From the NCBI GenBank assembly GCA_036397375.1, contig DASWJA010000100.1:1-32616 (forward strand): a stretch of 32,616 nt of DNA, written 5' to 3'. This document shows, piece by piece, positions 1 to 7,332 of the stretch. The position numbers and the translations under genes were made by a program. The notes under the pieces are model-generated. The model made no database searches. It saw only the letters and a list, made by a program, of their open reading frames with translations, and was not told the DNA's origin. Position 1 is the stretch's first letter, and every line of letters begins with the position of its first letter. This DNA is from Candidatus Limnocylindria bacterium (GTDB taxonomy: Bacteria > Chloroflexota > Limnocylindria > QHBO01).

Positions 1-267
1 GAGACCCAGCACGAGCAGCGGGAAATGCGTGCCGAGGAGGATCAGCTGCTCTCCACTGGGGGCGTCGCTGGAGAAGAGGGCCTGGACCTGGACGTGCGGC
101 CCGGCGTCGCGCGACCAGCGGTCCCAGAAGATGCCGACGCCGCCCGCGCCGGCGATGATGAGCAGCGTCGCGCCCACCGTATAGCGCCGGTGCCACAGCG
201 CGAGCGTTGCGCAGAACACGAAGATGCCGGAGAACGTGGTCAGTGATTCAAAGCTGGGCACGAGCAT
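1..267 (-). CDS. hypothetical integral membrane protein; N-terminal 89 codons only, gene continues past the left window edge
   Basis: Absent from the ORF track because it runs off the edge. Reverse-strand translation from ATG 267 gives MLVPSFESLTTFSGIFVFCATLALWHRRYTVGATLLIIAGAGGVGIFWDRW..., with two hydrophobic helix-like stretches, and stays open to position 1. An alternative start is GTG 261, which lies 6 nt after a GAGGG run. An in-frame TGA sits two codons upstream of the ATG. No family recognised. Confidence 0.5.
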   Translation of the reverse strand, partial: MLVPSFESLTTFSGIFVFCATLALWHRRYTVGATLLIIAGAGGVGIFWDRWSRDAGPHVQVQALFSSDAPSGEQLILLGTHFPLLVLGL

Positions 268-300
268 CCCTCACGACACCAACCGGCGGGGTGGGTGCCT

Positions 301-328
301 ATTTTCTCACGCGAGGGATTGGTGTCAA
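301..328 (-). promoter_or_regulatory. candidate sigma-70-type promoter for the 1..267 gene
   Basis: Minus strand reads TTGACA (328..323), a 16-nt spacer, then TGaGAAAAT (309..301, extended -10-like). It lies in the only clearly AT-richer stretch of the window, about 35 nt upstream of the ATG at 267. Confidence 0.35.
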
Positions 329-458
329 TGCCTTTCGAAGGGCAAGTACAGAACGACTTCTGATCGCCCAACGTGAAGGAGCGATGGGCGACAAATTGTC
401 ACCGTCTAGCGAGTCGTGCGGTGCGCGAGGATCTAGAGTGGACAAGTGAGGAAGAGAA

Positions 459-535
459 TGGTCGGGGCGACTGGATTCGAACCAGCGACCTCCTGAACCC
501 CATTCAGGTGCGCTACCAGGCTGCGCTACGCCCCG
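459..535 (-). tRNA. tRNA-Pro, anticodon GGG, CCA encoded
   Basis: The reverse complement folds by hand into a cloverleaf. Acceptor CGGGGCG/CGCCCCG; D arm GCGC-AGCCTGGTA-GCGC; anticodon stem CCTGA/TCAGG with loop AU-GGG-GU; variable loop AGGTC; T arm GCTGG-TTCGAAT-CCAGT; discriminator A; then CCA. Total 77 nt. Confidence 0.95.
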
Positions 536-595
536 ACGTCGTGGAGAGGGCATCGTCCCAGAAGATGGGCATGGCCCGCAAGGCGCCGTCGCGCG

Positions 596-1606
596 TTAGG
601 CCTCTCGCCCGGTCAGCTCGTCTTTCTGGGCGCGGGCCATCAGCATTGCCATTGCCTCGAGCGGAGGGCGACCGCGGTGGATGACCGCATCGACCTGCTC
701 CGCAATCGGCATCTCGACCCCATGCCGGGCCGCCAGGGCCAAGGCGCCGGTGACCGTGGTCTCGCCCTCGGCCACGCCCCCCAGCTCGGCCGCGATGTCG
801 GCCCAGGCCATGTTCGAGGCCAGCAGCTCGCCTGCCCGCCGGTTGCGCGACAGCTGGCTCATGCAGGTGGCGATCAGGTCGCCCACCCCGGCCAGCCCGG
901 CGAAGGTGCGTGGGTCGGCGCCTGCGGCGACGCCCAGCCGCGTGATCTCGGCCAGACCGCGGGTGACGATGGCCGCCTTGCCGCTGTCCCCCATCCGAAG
1001 GCCATCGGCCATACCCCCCGCCAGGGCGATGACGTTCTTCAGCGCCCCGCCCAGCTCCACGCCCACGACGTCGGGGTTGGTGTAGACCCGGAACTGGTCC
1101 GAGCCGAGCAGCGCCGCGACCTCGGCCGCCAGGGCGGGATCACCCGACGCGACCACCGTCCCGGCCGGCAAGCCGGACGCGACCTCCGCGGCCAGGTTCG
1201 GGCCCGACAGCACCGCCACCGCCCGCCTCGGCGCCTCCTCCCCGATGACCTCGCTCATTCGGGCCTGGGTCCCGGCCTCGATCCCCTTCACCACCGACAG
1301 AAACGGTGTCCCGGGCGCGAGCTCGCCGGCAACGCGGCGCAGGGTCTCTCGGGCGTGCGCAGACGGGACGGCGAGCACGTACAGCCGATGCGGAATCGTC
1401 AGCTCCGCGGCGTCGCCGGTGACGAGGAGGCCCGGTGGGAATGGGTAATCCGGGAGGTAGCGGCGGTTCCTCCCGTCGCGCGTCATCTCCTCAGCGGCCT
1501 CCGGCCGGTGAGCCCACAACGTGACCGGGTGATCGGCCGCGGCCAGCATGCGGGCCAGGGTCGTCCCCCACGCCCCGGCCCCGATGACCGCGATCCGCTC
1601 CGCCAT
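596..1606 (-). CDS. gpsA: NAD(P)H-dependent glycerol-3-phosphate dehydrogenase
   Basis: 336-aa ORF with an N-terminal Rossmann motif [14 protein letters not shown]. GpsA-typical [13 protein letters not shown] and [11 protein letters not shown] segments are present, and the length is typical. Confidence 0.95.
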   Translation of the reverse strand: MAERIAVIGAGAWGTTLARMLAAADHPVTLWAHRPEAAEEMTRDGRNRRYLPDYPFPPGLLVTGDAAELTIPHRLYVLAVPSAHARETLRRVAGELAPGTPFLSVVKGIEAGTQARMSEVIGEEAPRRAVAVLSGPNLAAEVASGLPAGTVVASGDPALAAEVAALLGSDQFRVYTNPDVVGVELGGALKNVIALAGGMADGLRMGDSGKAAIVTRGLAEITRLGVAAGADPRTFAGLAGVGDLIATCMSQLSRNRRAGELLASNMAWADIAAELGGVAEGETTVTGALALAARHGVEMPIAEQVDAVIHRGRPPLEAMAMLMARAQKDELTGREA

Positions 1607-1614
1607 GCCCGGCG

Positions 1615-1620
1615 AGGATA
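1615..1620 (-). promoter_or_regulatory. candidate -10 hexamer (TATCCT) 8 nt upstream of the gpsA ATG; possible leaderless transcript
   Basis: Minus strand reads TATCCT-cgccgggc-ATG(1606). No Shine-Dalgarno-like purine run lies between them. No good -35 seen. Confidence 0.25.
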
Positions 1621-1676
1621 GCGCCGGCCGTGCGGCGGCCGGCCTGGGTTCTGCGGCCCACTACCCACGCGAGCCG

Positions 1677-1682
1677 TAGAGT
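1677..1682 (+). promoter_or_regulatory. candidate -10 hexamer (TAGAGT) 6 nt upstream of the lipoprotein ATG; possible leaderless transcript
   Basis: Plus strand reads TAGAGT-gtcctg-ATG(1689). No Shine-Dalgarno sequence and no convincing -35. Confidence 0.3.
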
Positions 1683-1688
1683 GTCCTG

Positions 1689-3155
1689 ATGCGGGACCGG
1701 TTTCGCCTGCTCGTGCTCCTCGCGGTCGTTCTGGCGGCCTGTTCCGAAGACGCGACGCCACCCTCCACATCCGTGACGCCGAGCCCATCGTCGCCGGCCT
1801 CACCATCCCCTGCCGCGCTCGCCACGCCACCGGACCTGTCGGCCAGGCCGCTCATATGGTTCGCGCCGCTGCCACCGATGCTCAGGCCGGGGCGCCCGTT
1901 CATCGGCTCGGAGGACTTCATGGACCTCTTCGAGGCGGACGCGGACTGGGAGTTGGCCGCATCGCGGATCGGCGTCTTCAAGCTCTATGGTGAGTGGGTG
2001 GCTTACCTCGCCACCGATCAACAGCTCCGGACAGCGGTGCAGGAAATCGCGCGGCGCGGCATGGTCCTGGCGGTCGAGATGGGCCCGCTGGATCCCCCGG
2101 CCGGCTGCGGTTCAGGCGTGGAGAGCTTTGCGGGAATCGACGAGGGTCGGCTCATCTCTCGCCGCATCCGGCAGGCAGGCGGGACGCTTCAGGTCATCGC
2201 CCTAGACGAGCCGTACTACTACGCGCACCTGTACAGCGGCACGAACGCCTGCCACTGGTCGATCGACCGGGTCGCCACCGCCGTCGCCGGCTTCCGTGAC
2301 GCGATGCGCGCGGAGTGGCCGAGCCTCATTCTGGGCGACATCGAGCCGATGCCGACATCGGTCAGCCCGGATGGTCTGGCGGCTTGGCTTGACGCGTACG
2401 CGTTGGCAGCCGGCGAACCGTTCGCCTTCCTGCACCTGGACATGGACTGGGGGCGGACCAGCTGGCCGGCGCTCGGCGTGGCAGTGGAGAGCGCAGGCTC
2501 CTCGCGGGGAGTGCCAATCGGCATCATCTACAACGGCGGATCGACGACCTCGGATTTCCTGTGGCTGGCCGCGGCAGGCCGACGCGTCCTCGCCTACGAG
2601 ACCGATGCCGGCGCGCGACCCGACCACGTCGTCTTCCAGTCATGGATGGACAAGCCCGATCGCGTGTTGCCAGAGTCCGATTCCGCCACCTTCACGTCTC
2701 TGGTGAACCGCTATTTCGATGACCGGGGCTCGCTGGGCGAGCTGGCGGGCGATACCGGCAGCCTGGCTCTGTATAAGGCTGCGACCTCCTCCTCCGCCTA
2801 CGGCGATGCAACCGCAGAAAGGGCGGTCGACGGCGACGCGGACACTCTTTGGAACGCGGGGCGGGGTGCGCCGGCCTGGATCGAAATCGACCTCGGGTCC
2901 GCTCAGCCCGTGGCCGCGATCCGACTCCTCGTCCAACAGACCCCGTCGGGCTTGACGCACCACCGTGTCACTTGCGCCCCGGCACCGGATGTGGTCGCGA
3001 CGCTGCTCAGCAATCTCGAGGGCGAGACCGAGTCGCTCCAGGTGTTGACCGTCACCCTGGATCCTGCTGTCTCGTGTTGGATCATCCGCATCGAAACCGT
3101 TTCGAGCCCATCCTGGGTCGCGTGGCGCGAGATCGAGGTGATCGGGGCCCCCTAG
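1689..3155 (+). CDS. uncharacterised lipoprotein with a C-terminal F5/8 type C (discoidin)-like domain
   Basis: 488-aa ORF. The signal peptide ends in a lipobox (LLAVVLAAC-SED), followed by a Pro/Ser-rich linker. The central ~300 aa show alternating beta/alpha-like segments and belong to no family I recognise. The C-terminal ~130 aa carry the discoidin-type pattern AERAVDGDADTLWNAG...APAWIEIDLGSAQPVAAIRLLV...WREIEV. Confidence 0.8.
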   Translation: MRDRFRLLVLLAVVLAACSEDATPPSTSVTPSPSSPASPSPAALATPPDLSARPLIWFAPLPPMLRPGRPFIGSEDFMDLFEADADWELAASRIGVFKLYGEWVAYLATDQQLRTAVQEIARRGMVLAVEMGPLDPPAGCGSGVESFAGIDEGRLISRRIRQAGGTLQVIALDEPYYYAHLYSGTNACHWSIDRVATAVAGFRDAMRAEWPSLILGDIEPMPTSVSPDGLAAWLDAYALAAGEPFAFLHLDMDWGRTSWPALGVAVESAGSSRGVPIGIIYNGGSTTSDFLWLAAAGRRVLAYETDAGARPDHVVFQSWMDKPDRVLPESDSATFTSLVNRYFDDRGSLGELAGDTGSLALYKAATSSSAYGDATAERAVDGDADTLWNAGRGAPAWIEIDLGSAQPVAAIRLLVQQTPSGLTHHRVTCAPAPDVVATLLSNLEGETESLQVLTVTLDPAVSCWIIRIETVSSPSWVAWREIEVIGAP

Positions 3156-3173
3156 CCGGTCGGAATCGCCGGC

Positions 3174-4610
3174 CTAGCGAGCGGCGGCTCGGGTTCTGCG
3201 GGCGCGGGGCCTTTCCCCGGCGGCACGGGCGCGGAATCGGAGGCGGATCGGGGTTCCGGCAAAGCCGAACGCGTCGCGCAGCTGGTTCTCGAGGTAGCGC
3301 CGGTACGAGAAGTGGAACAGCTCCGGGTCGTTGACGAAGATCACGAAGGTGGGGGGCGCCACCGCCACCTGGGTCGCGTACAGGATCTTCGCCTGGCGGC
3401 CGCGGGCCACGGGGGGCGTGTGCGCTGCCACCGCCTCACCCACCACTCGGTTGACGTCGGCGGTTGGCACCCGCCGGTAGCGCTCCTCCGCCACGCGCCG
3501 GGCCTGGCGCAGGATGCGGTCCACCCGCTGGCCGGTCAGTCCCGAGGCGAACACGATATCGGCCCATTGGAGGTACGGCGCATCCCGGCGCAGGGTGTGC
3601 AGCCAGTCATCGGCGGTCTTGTCGTCCTTCTCGATTGCGTCCCACTTGTTGATGACCAGCACCAGGCCCTTGCCGGCCTCCAGCACGTGGCCCACCACGT
3701 GGGCGTCCTGGGCGGTGAAGCCCTCGACCGCATCGGTCAGGACCACGGCGACGTCGGCCCGGTCGATGGCCTTCAGGCTGCGCAGCACGCTGTAGTGCTC
3801 GGTGCCGCGCTGAATCGAGCCCCGGCGCCGGATGCCGGCCGTGTCGATCAACACCATCGGCTCGCCGTCCACCGTCACCTCGGCGTCGACCGCGTCACGG
3901 GTGGTGCCGGGCGTTTCGCTGACGATCATCCGCTCCTTGCCCAGCACCCGGTTGACGAGCGTCGACTTGCCGGTATTGGGTCGTCCCACGATGGCCACCC
4001 GGGGTGGACCGATGTCGGCCGCGGCCAGCTCCTCCAGCTCGGCATCGGTCGGGAGGTCTTCCTCGGGCAGGACCGATGGCGCCGCCTCGGCCTCGGGCGC
4101 CTCCGACGCAGGCGGGAGATGCTCGACGATGAGATCGGCCAGGTCGCCCGTGTTCCGGCCGTGTGCCGCGCTGATGGTGATGGCCGGGTCGAAGCCCAAG
4201 GCGTAGAACTCGGCGCCCTCGGCCTCGCGCCGCACGTTGTCGGCCTTGTTGATGACCAGGATGGTGGGTCGATGCGCCTTGCGAAGCCGATCCGCCACCT
4301 CGTAATCCAATGGCGCCAGGCCTGCTGAGGCGTCAACCACGAACAGGACCAGGTCTGCTTCATCGATGGCCACGCGCGCCTGATCCTGAACGCGCTCCTC
4401 GATGCTGGTCCCGGGCTCCAGCTCCAATCCACCGGTGTCGACCATCATGAAGCGGCGGCCATTCCAGTCCGTTTCGCCGTACACCCGATCGCGGGTCGTG
4501 CCCGCGGTGTCCTCCACGATGGCCGCCCGCTGGCCCACCATCCGGTTGAAGAGCGTGCTCTTCCCGACGTTCGGGCGCCCGACGATGGCCACGATCGGCA
4601 GCGATGACAT
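3174..4610 (-). CDS. der: ribosome-biogenesis GTPase Der (EngA)
   Basis: 478 aa with two tandem GTPase domains, P-loops GRPNVGKST and GRPNTGKST, each followed by DTAG/DTGG and NKxD motifs. A basic KH-like C-terminal domain is present. Confidence 0.97.
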   Translation of the reverse strand: MSSLPIVAIVGRPNVGKSTLFNRMVGQRAAIVEDTAGTTRDRVYGETDWNGRRFMMVDTGGLELEPGTSIEERVQDQARVAIDEADLVLFVVDASAGLAPLDYEVADRLRKAHRPTILVINKADNVRREAEGAEFYALGFDPAITISAAHGRNTGDLADLIVEHLPPASEAPEAEAAPSVLPEEDLPTDAELEELAAADIGPPRVAIVGRPNTGKSTLVNRVLGKERMIVSETPGTTRDAVDAEVTVDGEPMVLIDTAGIRRRGSIQRGTEHYSVLRSLKAIDRADVAVVLTDAVEGFTAQDAHVVGHVLEAGKGLVLVINKWDAIEKDDKTADDWLHTLRRDAPYLQWADIVFASGLTGQRVDRILRQARRVAEERYRRVPTADVNRVVGEAVAAHTPPVARGRQAKILYATQVAVAPPTFVIFVNDPELFHFSYRRYLENQLRDAFGFAGTPIRLRFRARAAGERPRARRTRAAAR

Positions 4611-4617
4611 GCCGCTG

Positions 4618-4623
4618 AGTGTA
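4618..4623 (-). promoter_or_regulatory. candidate -10 hexamer (TACACT) 7 nt upstream of the der ATG; possible leaderless transcript
   Basis: Minus strand reads TACACT-cagcggc-ATG(4610), with no Shine-Dalgarno-like sequence. Confidence 0.25.
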
Positions 4624-4643
4624 TCGGCCCGTCACCGGTCGGC

Positions 4644-4649
4644 TAGGAT
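4644..4649 (+). promoter_or_regulatory. candidate -10 hexamer (TAGGAT) 8 nt upstream of GTG 4658; alternatively its AGGA core acts as a ribosome-binding site
   Basis: Plus strand reads TAGGAT-cacccacc-GTG(4658). The motif is ambiguous between a promoter -10 and a Shine-Dalgarno sequence. Confidence 0.2.
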
Positions 4650-4657
4650 CACCCACC

Positions 4658-5902
4658 GTGCGGATCGGTATCGTCGCCACCAGGCTGGCCGGTGTCGACG
4701 GCGTGACGTTCGAGACCGCCAAGTGGGAGGCGGTCCTGGAGCGCATGGGTCACGAGGTCCGGCTGTGCGCGGGGGAGGTGGATGCGCTCCGCTACAGCGC
4801 TCGGCTGGTTCCGGCCATGCACTTCCAGCACCCGCCCGCGGCGCGCGTGACCTCGGCTGCCTTTGATCCGGACAGCGACCCGCAGGCCGTGCGCACCGAG
4901 ATCCAGCGCCTGGCCGGCCAGCTGCTGCCGGTCCTCGCCGCGTGGGTGGAAACCGAGCGGCTCGATCTCCTGGTGATCGAAAACGGGTGGGCCATCCCGA
5001 TGCAGCTCCCGCTCGCGGTCGCACTTCATACCCTGGTTGACGAGACGGGCCTGCCGGCGATCGGGCATCACCACGACTACTGGTGGGAGCGCGGGCGATT
5101 CGCTCATTGCGTCGTGCCCGAGATCCTGGAGGCGTCGTTCCCGCCGGATCTCCCAATGATCCGGCACGTGAGCATCAACTCGCTGGCGGGGGCCAGCCTG
5201 TCTGAGCGGCGGGGGTTGACCTCAACCGTCATCCCCAACGTGTTCGATTTCGGGACGCGGCATCCACCCGCCCGACCCGACGTGCGACGACAGCTCCGCA
5301 CGGAGCTGGGCATGGGCGAGCAGGGGTACCTGATCGTTCAGCCCACCCGGGTCGTTCCGCGCAAGGGGATCGAGCTGACCATCGAGCTCGTTGGCCGGCT
5401 GGGTGATCCGCACGCGGTCGTGCTCATCACGAGCCCCGCCGGCGATGAGGGGCTTGACTACCTGATCGCGCTCGAGCGGCAGGCGGAGCGGGCCAAGGTC
5501 AACCTCCGCTACGCCGCCGATCGCTTCGTGCCCGACCTCGAGGGCCGTTCGCTGGGACCCGCCCACTCCCTCCACGACGCGTACCTGGCGGCCGACCTCA
5601 TCAGCTACCCGAGCCTGTACGAAGGCTTCGGAAACGCCTTGCTGGAGGCGGTCTTCTACGGGAAGCCGGTCCTCGTCAACCGCTACCCGGTCTACAACGC
5701 GGACATCCGGCCGCTCGGGTTCCGGTTCGTGGAAATCGACGGCGCCGTCACTGACGATACGGTCCGTGCGGTCCGTTCCATTCTCGCGGATCCTGCCGGA
5801 CAGGCAGCCGATGCCGAGCACAACTTCGCGATCGGCCGCAAGCACCTCGGCTACGACCGGCTCGACCACGCTCTCGATGAGCTGATCGGCTCCCTGACCT
5901 AG
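4658..5902 (+). CDS. GT-B fold glycosyltransferase, family 4-like
   Basis: The track ORF is 4619..5902. I prefer GTG 4658 (VRIGIVATRLAGVDGVTFE...) because GT4 enzymes normally begin directly with the first beta strand. An EX7E motif (YEGFGNALLE) lies in the C-terminal half. Sugar and acceptor specificity cannot be read from the sequence. Confidence 0.8.
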   Translation: MRIGIVATRLAGVDGVTFETAKWEAVLERMGHEVRLCAGEVDALRYSARLVPAMHFQHPPAARVTSAAFDPDSDPQAVRTEIQRLAGQLLPVLAAWVETERLDLLVIENGWAIPMQLPLAVALHTLVDETGLPAIGHHHDYWWERGRFAHCVVPEILEASFPPDLPMIRHVSINSLAGASLSERRGLTSTVIPNVFDFGTRHPPARPDVRRQLRTELGMGEQGYLIVQPTRVVPRKGIELTIELVGRLGDPHAVVLITSPAGDEGLDYLIALERQAERAKVNLRYAADRFVPDLEGRSLGPAHSLHDAYLAADLISYPSLYEGFGNALLEAVFYGKPVLVNRYPVYNADIRPLGFRFVEIDGAVTDDTVRAVRSILADPAGQAADAEHNFAIGRKHLGYDRLDHALDELIGSLT

Positions 5903-5914
5903 ACCGATAACGAA

Positions 5915-6325
5915 CTACTCGACGATCACCAGCATCTGCATCGCTGGATGCGGCACGCATCCCACCTCGTAGGTGCCGGCCTCGTCAAACGTGTAGCTGC
6001 CACTCGCTTCCGGCGCCAGCTCGAGATCAAAGCGGGCATCCGGCTTCGTGAACCCGTTGAGGTACTCGGTTGCGGTGTGGTCGATCAAGTCAACGTTGGT
6101 CCAGGTCACCGTGGTCCCAACCGGTATGGTCAGCGCCGGGACGCCGTCGACCGCTTCACCACCTGGCGGGACGAAGGTGCTGTCCTCGAGGTCCACCGTG
6201 ACCGGCGGCGGCCGGCTGGGCGGACTGGAAGCTGGCGAGGTGCAAGCTGTCGCGAGGAGGACGAGCGCAAGGCCGGTGACGATCCCCCAGTCTCCACGCC
6301 TAGCTGTTCGCGGGCTGGTCGCCAT
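5915..6325 (-). CDS. type-1 (blue) copper protein, amicyanin/plastocyanin-like cupredoxin, probably a lipoprotein
   Basis: The C-terminal ligand loop is GCVPHPAMQM (Cys-x-Pro-His-x-x-Met), with an upstream His in VDLIDHTA. The N-terminus has RR plus a hydrophobic stretch ending LLATAC. ATG 6325 is preferred over GTG 6328 because GGAG sits 5 nt upstream of the ATG. Confidence 0.85.
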   Translation of the reverse strand: MATSPRTARRGDWGIVTGLALVLLATACTSPASSPPSRPPPVTVDLEDSTFVPPGGEAVDGVPALTIPVGTTVTWTNVDLIDHTATEYLNGFTKPDARFDLELAPEASGSYTFDEAGTYEVGCVPHPAMQMLVIVE

Positions 6326-6410
6326 CACCGCTCCGCCGCGATGATTCTCCCCTCGGTCAGATTGGTCAAGGTGTGAGCCACGGGGTGGGCTCCTGGGAGG
6401 CCTCGCTGAC

Positions 6411-7301
6411 CTAGGCGGTCAGGGTGTAGATCCGGTCGCGAACCTCCTCCAGATCGTCCTCCGGGGTGGAGGTGCCGCCGGTGATCCCGATCCGGGCCTT
6501 GCCCGCCAGCCAGCCGACGAAATCGGCCTCCAGCTCATCGGCATCGGCGACATGGATCGTGTCGGGCAGGACCTGCGCGCATTTGACCGCCAGCTCGCGC
6601 GTGTTCGAGCTGTTCTTGCCGCCGACCACGATCATGGCGTCCACGTCCGCCGCCAGGCGCACCGAGTCGTCCTGGCGGGTCAGGGTAACCGGGCACACGG
6701 TGTTGACGACCCGCATGTCGTGGCAGCGGCGCAGGCAGAAGGCCGCGAATTCCTCGAGCTTGGACGGCAGGATGGTGGACTGGCTCAGGACCCCGAGCTT
6801 CTTGGTGCGCGGCACCCGCTCCCAGGTGGATCGGTCCATGTCGTCCACGACCACGTGATTCTCCCCGGCGTAGGAGCGGACCCCGCGCACCTCGGGATGG
6901 TTCTCGTGACCGATGATGCAGACCGTGTAGCCCGCCTCGTTCAGCTCGCGAGCCGCCTTTTGGCTCTGGACGACCCAGGTACAGGTGGCGTCGATGAGCT
7001 GAAGGTCGTCCTTGGTCCGCAGCGTTTCGAGCTCCTCACGCGGGACGCCGTGGGCCCGCACCACGAGGGTCCCGCCCTCCACCTGGTCCGCCAACTCGGC
7101 GGTATGGATCCCGCGCGCCTCGAGGTCGGCCTTGATACCCGGGTTGTGGACCAGCTGGCCCAGGGTGGTGACTTGCTCGCCCGCCTCGGATGCCTTGCGG
7201 GCCTTGTCGATGGCCAGCCGGACGCCGTAGCAGAAGCCGGCCCGCTCCGCGATGCGGACCTCGGGACGAGATGGAAGCGTGGTCGCCGACGAGGCGCTCA
7301 T
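6411..7301 (-). CDS. ispH: 4-hydroxy-3-methylbut-2-enyl diphosphate reductase
   Basis: 296 aa. The three Fe-S cysteines are in conserved contexts (GFCYGV, DATCTWV, NTVCPVT). A GGAGG ribosome-binding site (7306..7310 on the minus strand) lies 4 nt upstream of the ATG. Confidence 0.95.
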   Translation of the reverse strand: MSASSATTLPSRPEVRIAERAGFCYGVRLAIDKARKASEAGEQVTTLGQLVHNPGIKADLEARGIHTAELADQVEGGTLVVRAHGVPREELETLRTKDDLQLIDATCTWVVQSQKAARELNEAGYTVCIIGHENHPEVRGVRSYAGENHVVVDDMDRSTWERVPRTKKLGVLSQSTILPSKLEEFAAFCLRRCHDMRVVNTVCPVTLTRQDDSVRLAADVDAMIVVGGKNSSNTRELAVKCAQVLPDTIHVADADELEADFVGWLAGKARIGITGGTSTPEDDLEEVRDRIYTLTA

Positions 7302-7332
7302 GACGCCTCCATTCTAGGTGCGCACCGCCTGA

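Noticed and set aside
384-449. 21-codon plus-strand ORF (MGDKLSPSSESCGARGSRVDK) preceded by GAAGGAG
   Set aside because: The GGAG ends only 2 nt before the ATG, which is too close for a functional Shine-Dalgarno sequence. The peptide has no features. The region is better explained as the tRNA-Pro 3' flank and promoter spacer on the other strand.
459-535. Possibility that tRNA-Pro marks the attachment site of an integrative element, with XerD as the integrase
   Set aside because: The only tyrosine recombinase is 13 kb away, has the canonical XerD architecture and sits inside conserved housekeeping synteny. I saw no direct repeat of the tRNA 3' end elsewhere in the window, and no phage, transposase or conjugation genes.
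3156-3173. Small inverted repeat CCGGT...GCCGG between the converging lipoprotein and der stop codons as a bidirectional terminator
   Set aside because: The stem is only 4-5 bp with a 7-nt loop and no flanking T/A tracts, which is too weak to call a terminator.
7311-7316. TAGAAT hexamer upstream of ispH, and TATACT (about 18531..18536) upstream of the dxs TTG, as promoters
   Set aside because: The ispH hexamer abuts the GGAGG ribosome-binding site, so a transcript starting downstream of it would lack that site. The dxs hexamer is 10 nt from an uncertain TTG start and has no -35. Both are left as unresolved rather than called.
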